Shown here piece after piece: positions 24,101-37,179 of a stretch of DNA of 64,000 nucleotides. The notes beneath the pieces are model-generated. The model did not search any database. It was not told the origin of the DNA and saw only the letters and a list, made by a program, of their open reading frames with translations. The DNA comes from Takakia lepidozioides (Eukaryota; Plantae; Bryophyta): NCBI GenBank assembly GCA_030704615.1, contig CM060732.1, positions 50,778,001 to 50,842,000 of the forward strand. Direction: 5' to 3'. Position numbers and translations under genes: made by a program. Position 1 is the stretch's first letter; every line of letters begins with the position of its first letter.

Positions 24101-27100
24101 ACTCCTTGTTGATGATGAGCCATCAAAGGGCCTCTGAAACCCACCAAATACTGGATTCTTCCCTATTTCATACAAGCCATCACCAAATGGCTTGGTTGAC
24201 CGGGATGATATGATAAAAGCTGTGTGGCCATATATATTGAAAATGGCTGCAACTTCAACAGTCGTAGATTACATCAGGAGAATCCTGCCAAGTGTTCTCG
24301 TAAGCCTATTAAGGTCGTGACCATGCCTATTGGGCTTGGTATGGAAGATACGTTGATCCTCGTGTTTGGATCCCACAACAAAAGGAACCTGATTACCTTG
24401 GTATGTACTTATCCCACTGTTTGTTGTTTATAGAGAATTTGATCTTGAAAGTGTCTTCTACTTGCACTTTTACTTTATCATTTTTTCTACAAATGTTCCA
24501 CATTTCAGCTGACATTTGTCATATGAAAAATTGTTTTGCCCAGTCACATTCAAGGAGCGAATTCGAAAAGAAGAAGAAGAGTTTCGTGATTGGCAAGAAT
24601 GGCGGGCTTCCCGGTAGGCTTCAAGGGCATAAAGAGATTCAACAAGTAGAGTTCTAAGTAACATTTTCGGATGATAATGTTACTACTAGGTTCGAGTTCT
24701 CCGAAAGTATTTCCGTTTCCTGTGGTGCGGAGACCGTTGCAAGTGGTTGTGGTAACCGGAGGCGTCTTCGAACACATGCCTCGACTGCAAGCCGTTTGGG
24801 AGGAGGCTCTGTAATATTAATGGGTTAATGTAAGCCGTTGTATGGCTTCGAGCCGATGGATAACATTAAATCCAACGGATGTACAGTTGACGTTACATTA
24901 TGTCTGACTACAACGCCAAAGTTGCAATCTCTAATAAAATATGAATGTTTATCATCAATGTATGCGGACACATTCTTTCATGTCATCCTCTTCATCACAT
25001 GCCATGATTGTTCTATGTTTGGTTTTGTATGTCATATGTTATGGCAACCATTTTGTGCAAAAAGTTTTACATATCTGACCTCACATCATGGTGTAATTTA
25101 TTGCATCCTCCCATATTTTTTGTGAACGTCAACTTGGCAGTGGATGTTCTTCTAAAACCACAATACATACTTATATTGTCTCCAAAAAATGTTTGGAGGA
25201 TTATATTGTGCATAAAATAACCAAAATAATCATATATATCGCTTTATTTCAATAATAAATTTTATTTATTCATATTTCTCATACTATTTCTGGACCAAAC
25301 AAAAGTCCGGAATTAGTTAAAATAGTGTTACACCAGCTGATGTGCTAATTAACTCACATTTTAAGTGCTTAATAAGTTTTGATAATTTTTGTAATTTTTA
25401 CCTAATTGCTTGGGAATAATTTGGCAAAAGCGCCTAATTACTCGAATCTCAAGCAAAATATTTTAAAACCTTTTGTCATATTCCTTGTATAAGAAAAACA
25501 AATCATTGAAAAATCAATATGCGATCGGAACTATCATTACTCCTACAAATCTTTGTCTATGTCCAAGAGCTCCAATGCATGTTGATGGGTTTTTTCAAAT
25601 TTTCAGAAGTATTATTCCAAATTCTCATAATCTTTAGTACAAATGTCAAGTGCATGTCCAATTTCACATGAGACCAAATTCTATTGCATAGGCTGCTTTG
25701 TTTTGTGAGGGTTGACAAAGCCCTCCATAACAAGCACCTTCGGAAGCTTCCCTCCAAAGTAGGCCATCCCAGAAACCATGATTTCAGAAATTCCTATAGT
25801 GAAGGACTGACTTACATTACTACTTACATTGTCCATACTACCAAATTTTTCAGTAGGATTCCACTTACATTACCCCATGCTACCAAAAATTTCAGTAGGA
25901 TTCCAAGGAGGTACGGCGTCTTCGGAGGAAGATGTGGCGGCTGCATAAATTGCAGTATTTGCAGGTAGAGTTGTTATTATTGCGGACTACACCTTCCGCC
26001 GTTTTTCTTTTCTCCATTGGGCTATGAATGGAATCAGATAAGTCTGGGGTGGCCCAATCAGGGTTCTCCAACCAATGGTTCTCTAAACCCTCAACATTGA
26101 AAAAAATCCACAATTCGCATGCATGCTCCAAAAGTGCATGTAATAGATTGGGACAGGCCTGCCACCTCATTAACTATAATTATGCATAAGGCACAAATGA
26201 AAACAAGCGGCTCATCACATAATGGCTCCTCTTATCGTGAATAGAGAATATAATTTATGCATAACTAACAAAAACATTCATAAAAAATATATGCATTTGG
26301 ATCACCCTGTAAAATTGCATTGTCTTCTATCGTCACTTTTGTATCCCTTGGTTTTCATCACTAATGGTACAACCATTGAGGTATTATTTGAAGACGGGTT
26401 TCCATCATTAAGATCAATTATACCCCCCAAGTTTGCGTGTGCCCTGTCCATTAGAGGGTGGTCCAATAACCGTCATGTAAGGGGGGAAAAGAATAAGGGG
26501 CCAGGTTTTAAAGGGGGTGTGGGGATTAGAGAGTGGTCCAGGAATTAACTAGGGCCCACAGGGAACGGGAAAAGCATGTATTAAGGATAACTAGAAGAGG
26601 GCCTAGAAAACTGCGCACCCTATGCCAGGGACATTAATACATGGATTGTGTGGCGTGAGACCCAGCAACACTACGCTTGGAGCAGTGTACGTGGCGGAGA
26701 CAACCTTCTAGAAGGGTCCCACCGCTGAGGGCTAGGCTGGCTTCTAGAAGGTCCCACCGCCCTCAGAGGGTATACCTGGTGGGCTCTGCACATGCAAGGC
26801 CACAAAAAAAATTCAAGCATGAACCATAGATGTATCAATTAATATGGACAGTGAGCTAAATAAGGGGCAATATGAAGACGGGAGAAGAAGATTGGTTTCG
26901 GACTCATGTGGAGTTTCCTTCCTCCTACTTAGGCTTCTTCCATAAGGAGGAGGCAATAAAACACCCAATTGTTTCCCAAAAAAAACTTGGTGGAAAGGTC
27001 TAGAAAATAGCCTATATCAAAGTTTTTTTTTGTATGAGATAATTATATTTATTTGACATAAAATAATCTTCTAATATAAATATATGAACAATGAATAGTT

Positions 27101-27299
27101 TATATATTAGTCACTAGTCGTATATATTGGTCATTAATCATGATAAATTGCAAAAACAAAACTATGGAAAAACACCCTAAATATATGTACAACCTAAGGG
27201 TTCATGGGGAATTACACAGATTGCATATTTTGGATCTCTATTTGGATAACATGTTTGCTATGGTGCAAACAACTCCGATCAATATTAGAAATTTTTTAC

Positions 27300-28000
27300 A
27301 TTGTACACTATTATAATGCACGACTATTGGGAAATTGTTACACAAGTTGTACATTTTGGATATTCTATGTTGGATAACATGTGTGTCATGGTGCAAACAA
27401 ATCCAATCTATATTGGTAGAAACCACGACTTACTAACGTATCTTCTAATCCTCCTTTCACAATTCGAGAAAGTAAATAAAAATTTGAATGACCATTTTTG
27501 CTCCACAAAATGGGTCGAGATTCTATAATTCTTAGAAGAGTTTTAAGTGGTGTCTCCATCAATGATTATGTAATCAAGTTGTTCTCATTGAGAAGGTTAG
27601 GTAGTAAGGCGAGGAATGTGTGTTCTGGAAGCAATCAATCAACATATTCCTCATGGCGGCAAATAGATTCGTAGAGAAATGCCAATTTTATCTAGGGCTA
27701 GTGAAAGAGTCGATCAAGAGCAGTTCAAGTTGAGGAGCTACCTATGAGGTCAAGACTCAATAATGGGACGTCTATTAGAGTTACGAGATCGGTAATGGGG
27801 GAGAGGTTATTGAAATGACCTTCATCCTCATAGCTGCTTCATGTTGTGCGTTTGAGTTCAGAAAGCATTTAAGAGATAAGACTCAAGAATATCTTTGAGG
27901 CGGGGTCTCTCTAGAAGTTTTAGAGAGACGTTATTGGAGTGATCATGTCATACTCTCTCAAAATCGATGATTCACCGTTGCTATTTGTAAAACCCTCCTC
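27300..28000 (-). mobile_element. Possible highly degenerate Gypsy integrase relic
   Basis: Short minus-strand motifs LLLIDSFT and FLYESICRH resemble an integrase core. Heavily broken. Confidence 0.35.
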
Positions 28001-29089
28001 AATTAAACCCTCGACATGATAATAAATCCAATTTAACTGTTTGGCAAGAGAAGTAGATGAGAAATTAAAACTTAACTCCAATGGAGACCAAAGTTATATA
28101 ACTAAATATCACTTTATCTTTTGGCACTTGCCCCGTTTGGAGATGGACCCTAAATATCAATAGGACAGTTGGCCAAGTTCCATGGGCATTTCCAATCCAA
28201 GTGAGTTATCCCCAATTTCAAAGAACTATTGTTGGTTTAAATAGAAGAGAGGAAGACTCTTGCTGAAGCATATAAAACTTATGGCGTCACTTCACCCTGA
28301 ACGACCTCTGTGTTTCGGTTGTAACTAGGATATTGTAACACGTTAAACACGGAGGGAGCTCTCGCTCGTGCAAGCTCAACTCGGGAGGAAGAGATGAGCC
28401 GCATGACTGACGAGCGTGAGGATAAGATGTAGCAATTTCAAGTATTATGTATTAGATAAAAGGTAACTAGATATATTCTTGTTAGTTTTACAATAAAATA
28501 AAAATCACTTAACAAGCTAACAAGGCTATCGCCAACAATGTGTAATTAGTATTTCATGTCCTTATGCACCCTATACGCATATTTACAAACTACTTAGTAC
28601 GTATGTTGGGACTTTATATTTACACATGGATTTACATATCTAGGTACTGTAATGCACATACATGCATTGAACTTAAGGGCCATGCTGTCTATTGGGCAGG
28701 GTTTCCTTGCAAATCATGATATCTTCCAAAAAATGTAGACAATGCATACTGGAAGGAAGGCATGGACACAAATAAATAAATACAGGGTGGATGTGCTTGC
28801 CAATTGTTTAAAGTATGACAAGGGAGGGCATCACAAATTTGTTCTCACATTTATCCATTTAATTGAATATCAAATTTTATGGATTGCCAACTGTAAGACA
28901 AAAAAACCCATATAGAAAAGAATTGAAATTCCACTAGGCCAAGCAAAATGTGACAGCTGGATGCTAAAAGTGAGCATTATTAGGATGCTTTACCATATAT
29001 GGGTTTTGGACTTCAAGCTATTTGCAATGTTATTGGATTGTGTACTTTTGCCCTATACCTCTTTATGAATGTTGACTTGGGGTTCGGAG

Positions 29090-30205
29090 CAGTGTTGTGC
29101 GGGTATATTGATTTCAATATACCCTTAGGGTATAAGTAAATTATTTTTGTCAAATCATTTACCCTCCGGGTATGGATAAATTAACTTTTCAGATTTCTAT
29201 ATAACCCCCGGGTATGGATATATATGCCAAAATATACCCTGAGGGTATGAATAGTTTCCGGGTATGGATAGTTATTTCAATTAATATATAATTTAACATT
29301 TTAAAGAATATACGTTTTTTTTTTGTTTTGTTTTTGGGTTCTTCAATATGTACAAAACACAAAAAATACAATCTATGGTAAAAGAGAAAATTGATAAGAT
29401 ATTGCATAATATTTTGGTGTTAACTTCCAATGCAAGACGGAGGACTCATGGAGGTTTGAGATTCAAAAAAAGGCGGCCTACGGGCATCTAAGGGTTTAAA
29501 TTTTTCCCTTCAATAATTTTTAATAAAGTTCTCAAGGGCTACCTCCCCTTTCCAAAAAGAAAAAGAAAAAGAAAGGCACATCGGCTGGTAGCTAGTGAGC
29601 TGGTAAGTGCACAGTGTGTGTCGCTCTGGTGGTTCGGGGTTCGAACCCACTGCCGTGCCCCCGTGTGTGGGATTATGGGATTATTCACGACGGTATGTCT
29701 GGGCGTTGACTGACTGTCCTGTAGGTCTCATGGCCCATAAATGAAAGGGGGTTAATCTTTCCCCTCCTCAAGGGCCTGAATTGTGGGCTGTCATGTTTCC
29801 TTTAATATATATATATGCGAGATCTGAAGAGGTATTGTTTGGGTTATATGACATTTTAGGAATGATATATATGTAGCATTTGTTTTAGCTGTGATTGGAG
29901 CTTTCTTATAGCTCAAGGCTCCCTAACAACACAACAAAAAGAGAAAAGACCTAGCACATAAAGGCTATGAAGGCACATTTATATACCCTGATTAGATATA
30001 CCCTTCAATTTAGCATATACCCTTCAGAAAAGTAGGGTATGATGCAGGGTAAATATAAGGATAAGGGTATATCATAAAAATATACCCTGATATAAGGGTA
30101 TACATCTGGGTACCTAAACTTGCCACACCAGGGTATATACATATCAATATACCCTGATATACCCGCCGGGTATATCAGGGTAATTCATATACCCGCCCAA
30201 CACCG
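29090..30205. mobile_element. hAT MITE with 8-bp TSD
   Basis: CAGTGTTGTGCGGG ... CCCGCCCAACACCG, TSD GTTCGGAG on both sides, GGGTAT/ATACCC subterminal repeats. Confidence 0.9.
29577..29818 (+). mobile_element. tRNA-derived SINE (apparently full length) nested in hAT MITE
   Basis: A-box-like TGGTAGCTAGTGAGCTGG, B-box GGTTCGAACCC, conserved 3' stem-loop segment shared with 15134 and 30770, AT-rich tail. Confidence 0.75.
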
Positions 30206-30718
30206 GTTCGGAGCTCTTCCAACATTTCAATATAGAATTAATGTTTCTTCACACATAATGTATGAAGAATGGAATATCCTAGTATCATCCCATTGGTATC
30301 TCCAGCACAGTCCCTGGCCTTATGGCATGAAGGGTTTAAGTTAAGGAAAGTGGAAAAAACGTGGATACTAATGCACCAGCCCATACTCGTGTTTTGGTGA
30401 GCAAAGGAAGTAGTCTTAGGATTGACTCTCTAATAGATCAGGCCACGAACCGTGAGAGGTCCATTGTTAACATGACGTATGGTTACCTTACGCATGTGAA
30501 ATCTTTTAGACCAATAACTATTTTGACAAGCTACCACGTGGTTTATATCAGCGTTGGCCAGGTATTATATTTTGTAATACCAGCCGGGTCCTAGTATTGG
30601 AAAAACTTAATTTTCAATACCAGCCGGTTCCATAGTATTGGAATATTCACTTAATTCTAATATCTGTGGGGTCTCAATTGTAGTCTGATTTTTTATTTCT
30701 GGAGGGCCAATAGGACAG

Positions 30719-30836
30719 TTTTTTTTTTCTTTTTTCTTTTTTAATAAAGGAAACCTGGGAGCAACATCCCACAATTCAGGCCCTTGAGGAGGGGGAAAAA
30801 TTAACCCCCTTTCATTTATGGGCCATGGAGACCTAC
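30719..30836 (-). mobile_element. 5'-truncated SINE copy with A-rich tail
   Basis: Reverse complement of the conserved SINE 3' segment, followed by an A-rich tail on the minus strand. Confidence 0.75.
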
Positions 30837-31079
30837 AATACGATCAACGTCGGGTATTCCAATCGTAATAACAGCTGGTTATAAACCCGGATATAATTTA
30901 TTAAAAATAAAAATAAAATAACAACCAAATCCTTAATATGGCTTTAATTTAGAAGCATACTTGATTTCATAAAGTAAGTATTCTGTTGCAAAATTCAGAT
31001 TTTGCATTACATAATAACATTGCGGATATTAGTACGCAAAGTGAAGCGAGCTTTGTCAAAAGAAAATGATTGCAAACGT

Positions 31080-31300
31080 CATTGTCAAACATGCCGGTAT
31101 CTGCAATGAGGTCCTCATCTTCATCAATTGTATTGTCTTCCGACAAAAACAAATCCTTGATCCCTTGCTCAACCACCTTGCAATCCGTCCGCACGTCATC
31201 CGGCCCATTATTTAAAATTAGCACTACTTTGTCGAGGTTGTCAACGCCAAGTCGACATTCCCCTACGACATGTGCTAAAAAAATGAAAATAAGTGGCGGG
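31080..31300 (-). mobile_element. hAT transposase C-terminal (dimerisation-region) remnant
   Basis: CRLGVDNLDKVVLILNNGPDD followed by an acidic tail. Confidence 0.55.
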
Positions 31301-32748
31301 CCCTTTGGGCTGGAGATGCCTTGACCCCAACCCAACTTCATATCTATACCATGTGTATACTATAGAGGGCGCTAAATTCCATGCCGGAATCATTGAACAC
31401 ATGCAGGTCGTCAAGTTCGGCAGGCTTAATGACAATATTAATTTTTTCATCTAAGCTTCATCCGATTATTCTGGAATTCGGCACCCAGGTACTTTTCATT
31501 AAATTTCATTAATAAGTAGTTAGTACTAGCATTCACTACTATAATGTTTTTGCATTCCGGCAATGGCCATTTTTATTTTTTCTTTCCAAAGTTCACTTTA
31601 AAAAATGAAAAATATTAAATTTTAAGGGCAAAAAAATAGGAAGTTAAGGGTTAATAAAATTGAATACGATTGCGATGCAGTGAAAATATATACAATATAA
31701 ATAATTAAATATTTTTTGGTTTATACTTTATAACCAAGGGAGGTACATTCATTGTAGTTTTTCAGTGGGGAAGATATAATATGGATTTACCATTTATGGA
31801 CAGATTGACGTGTCTTTTTTAGAGAGGAGCCAACAAATGGCTTGTGGCTCCGCCTTGTGCATAGTGAAATCCATTTTCATCTATAATAAACTTGAAAAAT
31901 CATCCATTTATTTTTCATCAGTTGTTCAATTACCTAGATATTACTTAAAGGAGGCATTACCTAGAGAAGGAACATCATGGAAATAAGAGGGAGTGACATA
32001 TAGGGAAGGCACAATAGGGGCTTAGCGATTGACAGCGATGTGTAGTCTCCTCTTTCGAATAAAGAGGAGCCAACAAACAAACAACTCCCCTTGCTTCATA
32101 TATTGATGTTATATAAAAGCCTGGAAGCTTAGGCTCAAGATTTTGGTGATCAAGGAAATGTACTTGGATGAGCGGTGTATACTGGATGTGAAGATGATGA
32201 TGCCCATGCATGCAGTGTGATTGGTTTTCCAGCAGAAAGATCCCTCTGTTCTAGATTTGCGTGCTCTTACTTCCCTTTAAGCGCCCAAGTCCCACATGAG
32301 GAAGAGGGACCTAAACCCTAAACCCTGGGCAGAGAGATTAGCCGACGGAACAAGTGTCACCACAAACCCCCTTTTTTTTTTAAATAAATTTTTATAAAGA
32401 TGGGAACAAACCTTTTAAACTCACTCCAAGATTCCCTGTAACTAAACAAACATCCAACTTCATTTTAATATATCGATTCCGATTCCGATTCCGATTTCTT
32501 CACACGTAGGAGACCCACAAGTTGTGGTTGTGGACTTAGATGACACAGGAATATTGGGCCGACGCCACAAGCTACCCAAGTAACTTATTAACACATCTCA
32601 CCGATAGAGCACTGAGTGCCACCCAGATGATTCTGGGTTCAAATCTTGCTACCTTGTCAGGAGCGGTATAATCTTCTCTTCTCTCCTTGGGCGGTGTCCT
32701 TGAACCTGCTAGATGGGTGGCGAGGTTACTATGAAAGAGGGTATGATC

Positions 32749-32930
32749 CAGTGTTGTGCGAGTCCGGGTTTTGAAGCCGGGTACCCGGCGGGTTAGGATC
32801 CGGGTTACCCGAACCCGTGCTATCACAAAAATTCCGGACCCTGAACCGGACCCGGACCCGCCTGCTGGGTCCAGGACCCGTTAAACCGGCTAACCGCGGG
32901 CCAATGTAGCGGGTGAGGGTCCGGGTCTTA
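32749..32930 (+). mobile_element. hAT-family terminus with GGGTCCGG/ACCCG subterminal repeats
   Basis: CAGTGTTGTGCG end, similar to 5069. Confidence 0.6.
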
Positions 32931-33701
32931 ATTTTAGATGGGGCATGCGGGGTCCACCTTTTGTCATACGTGTGGAACGAACAGGCCAGGCAATCACTTG
33001 TCAACCATGGATAACTTAGAGAAAATGTCAGAGAGAAGACTCTGACCGAAGCCGCATCATTTGTCAACGATGGGATAGAGAAAAATGGGTCACCATTTGA
33101 TCTTGGATGAGGACGATGATGTATTATGCGAGAGAGTCAACTCCAATCTAAGTCAGACCTTACTGCTCCTGTCTGGATGGGCTCTATGATGTATTGTGCT
33201 TGTCAATATACCCCTATTGGGATCGAGAGAAAATGGGCCACATTTGTATTTTGGGCGAGTGATGCCTACGTAAGATATCACAAGTCAACCATGGGATCGT
33301 GGATTGTGGGCCAGGCACGTTTTGATCTTCTTCTGTCGCCAAAGCAAACTTGCCATGTCGGTGCCAGGACGAATAGCAGTGAAGGCAATGTTCGGTCTTC
33401 GATTTCCGTATATTCTCTTCCCTCTTGCCAGAGTTCATCTTCTCACACTGGGTATAAGTAGGCAGTGTACGCATACACACAACTTGTAGATTGGCCACGA
33501 TCGGCTGTTGGGAGACACAAATCCTCCACTGGAATCAACCGACTGCCTTAGAATTGAGGAAATTCCGTTGGGGCATAGCAGGAAGAGGTACAATTTGCAT
33601 CTCAAGTGTCGCTCTTCAAGTGCCTAGGGAACACCTGGTCATCTGCCACTCTTGGTCTCCTATACTGCAGAGTATAAGATCTTGAGCAGCCTTGAGCGAT
33701 C

Positions 33702-34238
33702 ATGGAGACCAAGTACGTCTGCATTGCCCTTGCGTGCTTCGTGCTGTTCGCATCACTTCATGCAGTCCAGTCAGTTCAAGCTGGGTATCCGAGAAAGGCT
33801 GAGGTTATAAAGTACTACATACATGATGATCTATTGCAGGCTGCTAATAACACAGCAGTAATTGTGGCCGGGCCTGGTGGGAATACCACCACGCTGCAAC
33901 AGGGCAGCCTTATTATTGTCAACGATCTCATCACTGAGGAGCCCAGTCCCAACTCCAGAAAGTTGGGGAATGCCAAGGGCCAGTACTCGGTCACTGAATT
34001 CTTTCCCAACCCTCATCTACATCAGCTGTGGACTACTGTTTTCACGGACAAGTACAACGGAACGATTGCATATGCAGGTGACGATGAGATTTTGCTGCCG
34101 AGAAGGGAAGTCGCTGTCGTCGGTGGAACTGGGCAATTCAGATTGGCGCAGGGATATGCATTCATTGAGACGTATAAAGAAACGGACGTATATTCTTTCA
34201 TCCTCACTGTTGAAACCCATCTTTTATATCCCCTATAA
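33702..34238 (+). CDS. Dirigent-like protein, secreted, 178 aa, intronless
   Basis: Signal peptide, then KYYIHD, GSLIIVNDLITEEPSPNSRKLGNAKGQY, YNGTI and REVAVVGGTGQFRLAQGYA. Confidence 0.93.
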   Translation: METKYVCIALACFVLFASLHAVQSVQAGYPRKAEVIKYYIHDDLLQAANNTAVIVAGPGGNTTTLQQGSLIIVNDLITEEPSPNSRKLGNAKGQYSVTEFFPNPHLHQLWTTVFTDKYNGTIAYAGDDEILLPRREVAVVGGTGQFRLAQGYAFIETYKETDVYSFILTVETHLLYPL

Positions 34239-35275
34239 GCGTTGTGCTGACTCGTCGTATTATATCCTTCTCAAATAGTGCATAAAAATTTGTCGTTCTT
34301 CCCTGCAGAACTGTGGATAAGTAGGCGCTTTGAATAGGACTGATCAAATGATCTCCTTCCAGTCGAGGGTAGGTTGCCTTTGTTCCCTCTGACAGCGAAG
34401 GGAGCTCAGGAATATAGATCTACCATGATTTTCGTAAAGCGGGGTGTACGCCATGAAGTTCATCAACTCATAGCAACGTGTTGCAAACGCCCCATTTTGT
34501 AACTCAAGGCCAGCTTTCTCAAGCACTCTGTCTCTCCCTCTCTAGTCGTCTCTGAAGTTGTCTTTTTGCTCTTCTAAGCTATCCCATGAGCTTTAAGGGC
34601 CCCTGCGGAAATCATAATAATGTTTCATTCTTTCTGTGCACTCTGCCAATCTCGCTCGCAAATTTCTCATGCTACCGTCGCGGATGAACATCAACCGGAT
34701 GTTTGTATGAACTGATCTCCCTGAAAATGCGCAAGTCCAGTACTCGAACGCTGTTTTCTTCCACCCTAGTTACGTCAGTTGTTCACTGCTGTTTTCGCGG
34801 AAATAGCGGGTCTGGATCTGTGGGTGGAACCACCCAATTCAGATTGGCAGACCCGTGGATACCAGTGGAGAGAGAGACATACAATCAGACATACATGGAT
34901 ATTTCCCTTCAGTGTTGAAACCCACCTCTTCTATCCGACTATGCCCGTCGTTTAGACACCGTCTCTGCAGCGCAATTACTAGATACATCTAGAGCTCTAA
35001 AAAGCAATTTACTTTCGACTAGACAGGTGTGGAAACTCTCAGCTGTTCATTTTCAACACCAGAGGGGTGGGTACATATATAGTGTTTGTCACGATAGAGC
35101 AGGACCACATGGGCCTTACTAACTATAATGAAGCTACAATTACTAAAGCAAACGCTGGCCAGCCACTATCTAGAATCCTGGAACCGTGCATTCACTAATG
35201 CTTGATCTATCGGCATCACTACATGGGTGTGTTAATTCCAACACCTAAAGTGATCTAAATAGCTGCATAGTAATA

Positions 35276-36751
35276 CCGTACTGACCTAACTTATTAGGCA
35301 CTTCCTCACCTAATAATTAATAAAATGGAATATTATTAGGCAGATTCGTTTTTATTATTTAGGCACCTCACCTAGGTAATTTCCAAACATTAGGCATGTA
35401 TTACAGTCTACCCTGGATAATAATGAACAATTGTTTTTGCCCTCCCTCAAAAACTATTGTTGAGGTAATTTTCAAAAAGAAAATAATGGTCATGAAAATA
35501 GATATTATCTCAATAATTATTTTTGACCTCCCTCAGAAGCTATTGTTGAGTTAAATTTCTTTTTGAAAAACATAATATTTGATATGTGATAAAAAGAATG
35601 GCTGCAGTGAAGGCTGTATGTACCAGTGTTGGAATGGTATACCTGGTTTAACCTAGGTATGGAATACAGGTATGAATATATATATTGAAGAACATACCTG
35701 TCGGGTATGAAAGAACCAAGTGTACCCATGTGATACACGTACTGGGGGAGTATGGCTTTAGGATTCCCCGCACACATACCATACCAGTCTGGGTATATGG
35801 AGGAATAGCATGGTCTCGATACCAGTATTGCGGTGAGTTCATGGCGAACAGAGGTAGGTATGAGTATATGTTAGTGCAGCTAGTTATACCCTGTACTACA
35901 ATTTGGTTAATTCAAGGCTCCATGTTGCAATTCAGACTTCATTTGCTGTTTCATGCTACTTTGGGTTACCTTTGCCTAGTGTTTCACGGCTTGGATTAAA
36001 TTAGCTATGTGCTAAATGACATTTATTTCTATGTATGGTGAGCTGTAGAAATACCATACCAGTGCTCATACCCCCCCAGTATCACTACAGAGAAAGGGCA
36101 ATACCAGTACCATACTCATATACAGCCCAAAGTACAACTACTCATACCAGATTCATACCCAAGTTGCTCATACCTGTATAAATACCTATACCAGCCTGGT
36201 ATGAAAAAGGGGTGGGACCCTTCATACCAGGACCAGTCTGGTATTAAAAAATGGACATTCCAGTCCAACACTGGTATGTACTAAACCCTAAACCTTTCCA
36301 AATGTTTTTTTTGTTGTTTTACCCTTTTTTTTTTTTTTTTCTACACCTAAACATCTGGCACAACCCTAATTCTCTTGTCATTGAGAGCATGAGCTGATGT
36401 CTTGCAAACATGCATATCAGGATGATCATGTTCCTGACCTTAACATTCTCTCAGATAGAAGATTCACATGATAGGTGATGAGACTTATGAAGATGTAGTT
36501 GCATCAATGCAGGGCCTTTGTATGTTGTGGACATGAAATTATAAATTGCAGGCATTTTTGCCTTTTTTGGATTTTAAATAATACAATTTAGGCATTTTTT
36601 GGACATTTTGGTGTTTTTCACAATTTTTGAGCAATTAGGCACTTCTTAGGAAAATTTTCCAAGTTTTAGGCACATTTTCCAAAAATGTTCTAAATTTAAT
36701 TAGGCACTTGATTTTGAATTAATTATTGCCTAATAAGCTAGGTCAGTACGG
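35276..36751. mobile_element. Tc1/mariner-pogo-type MITE with TA TSD
   Basis: TA|CCGTACTGACCTAACTTATTAGGCA ... TGCCTAATAAGCTAGGTCAGTACGG|TA: 25-bp TIR with one mismatch. Confidence 0.88.
35624..36273. mobile_element. hAT MITE nested in the pogo-type MITE
   Basis: CAGTGTTGGA ... TCCAACACTG, perfect 8-bp TSD GTATGTAC, GGTAT/ATACC repeats. Confidence 0.92.
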
Positions 36752-37179
36752 TAGTGTCTGACCTCCAGATCTACAATCATGAGCCTGCCTGGGTGTGGAG
36801 TGTGGACTGCCTTAACAACAGGGATGAGTCAGGTGTCAGGTGCAAATTTGAGGATGCCTCTTTTCAATGACGTGTTTTAAGCTTTCACCGTGTAGCACAA
36901 GAGATGTCCCCAGTCTCCACATGAGAACTACATTTTCAGAAAAAGTATATAACAACATATTGGAACTTCTCTCTCTGGATGTCGGGAACCAAATTGACTC
37001 CAAGCTGCGCTTTACAGCGATGTGCATAGTCTGTCACCGAAAGATAATGATCAGAGCATGTTCGTCGTGCACACCATGATCTTGAGCAGTGTACTTGAAC
37101 TACAAGTCACCCAAGCTGTACAAAACCTACATAGAGCCCACCCCTGAAAGGGGGTACCTGCAAAGGGAAGAGAGGCTCT

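Larger units (their letters stand above)
15696..24310 (+). pseudogene. Multi-exon gene with three tandem NIF/FCP1-like HAD phosphatase domains, decayed and interrupted by a CACTA element
   Basis: Domain 1 (~16140-16690): LVLDIGYL..RNGLDEF..FAICFWNT..NTLLID..NP. Domain 2 (17003-17107 + 21541-21980): IIFDVNGVL..LGIWSSMM..NTLLIDDTAMKCELNP. Domain 3 (~23690-24250): LILSINGLL..RPGVLEFL..VAIWS..ILLVDDEPSK. In-frame GT-AG intron 15956-16042. Several stops and one frameshift (~16657). Confidence 0.75.

Noticed and set aside
26548-26580. Helitron 3' end (CTAG with hairpin) on the minus strand
   Set aside because: The hairpin is weak, and no 5' TC end or Rep/Hel sequence was found.
32595-32655. tRNA gene (GGTTCAAATC)
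   Set aside because: B-box-like motif only. No cloverleaf can be built.
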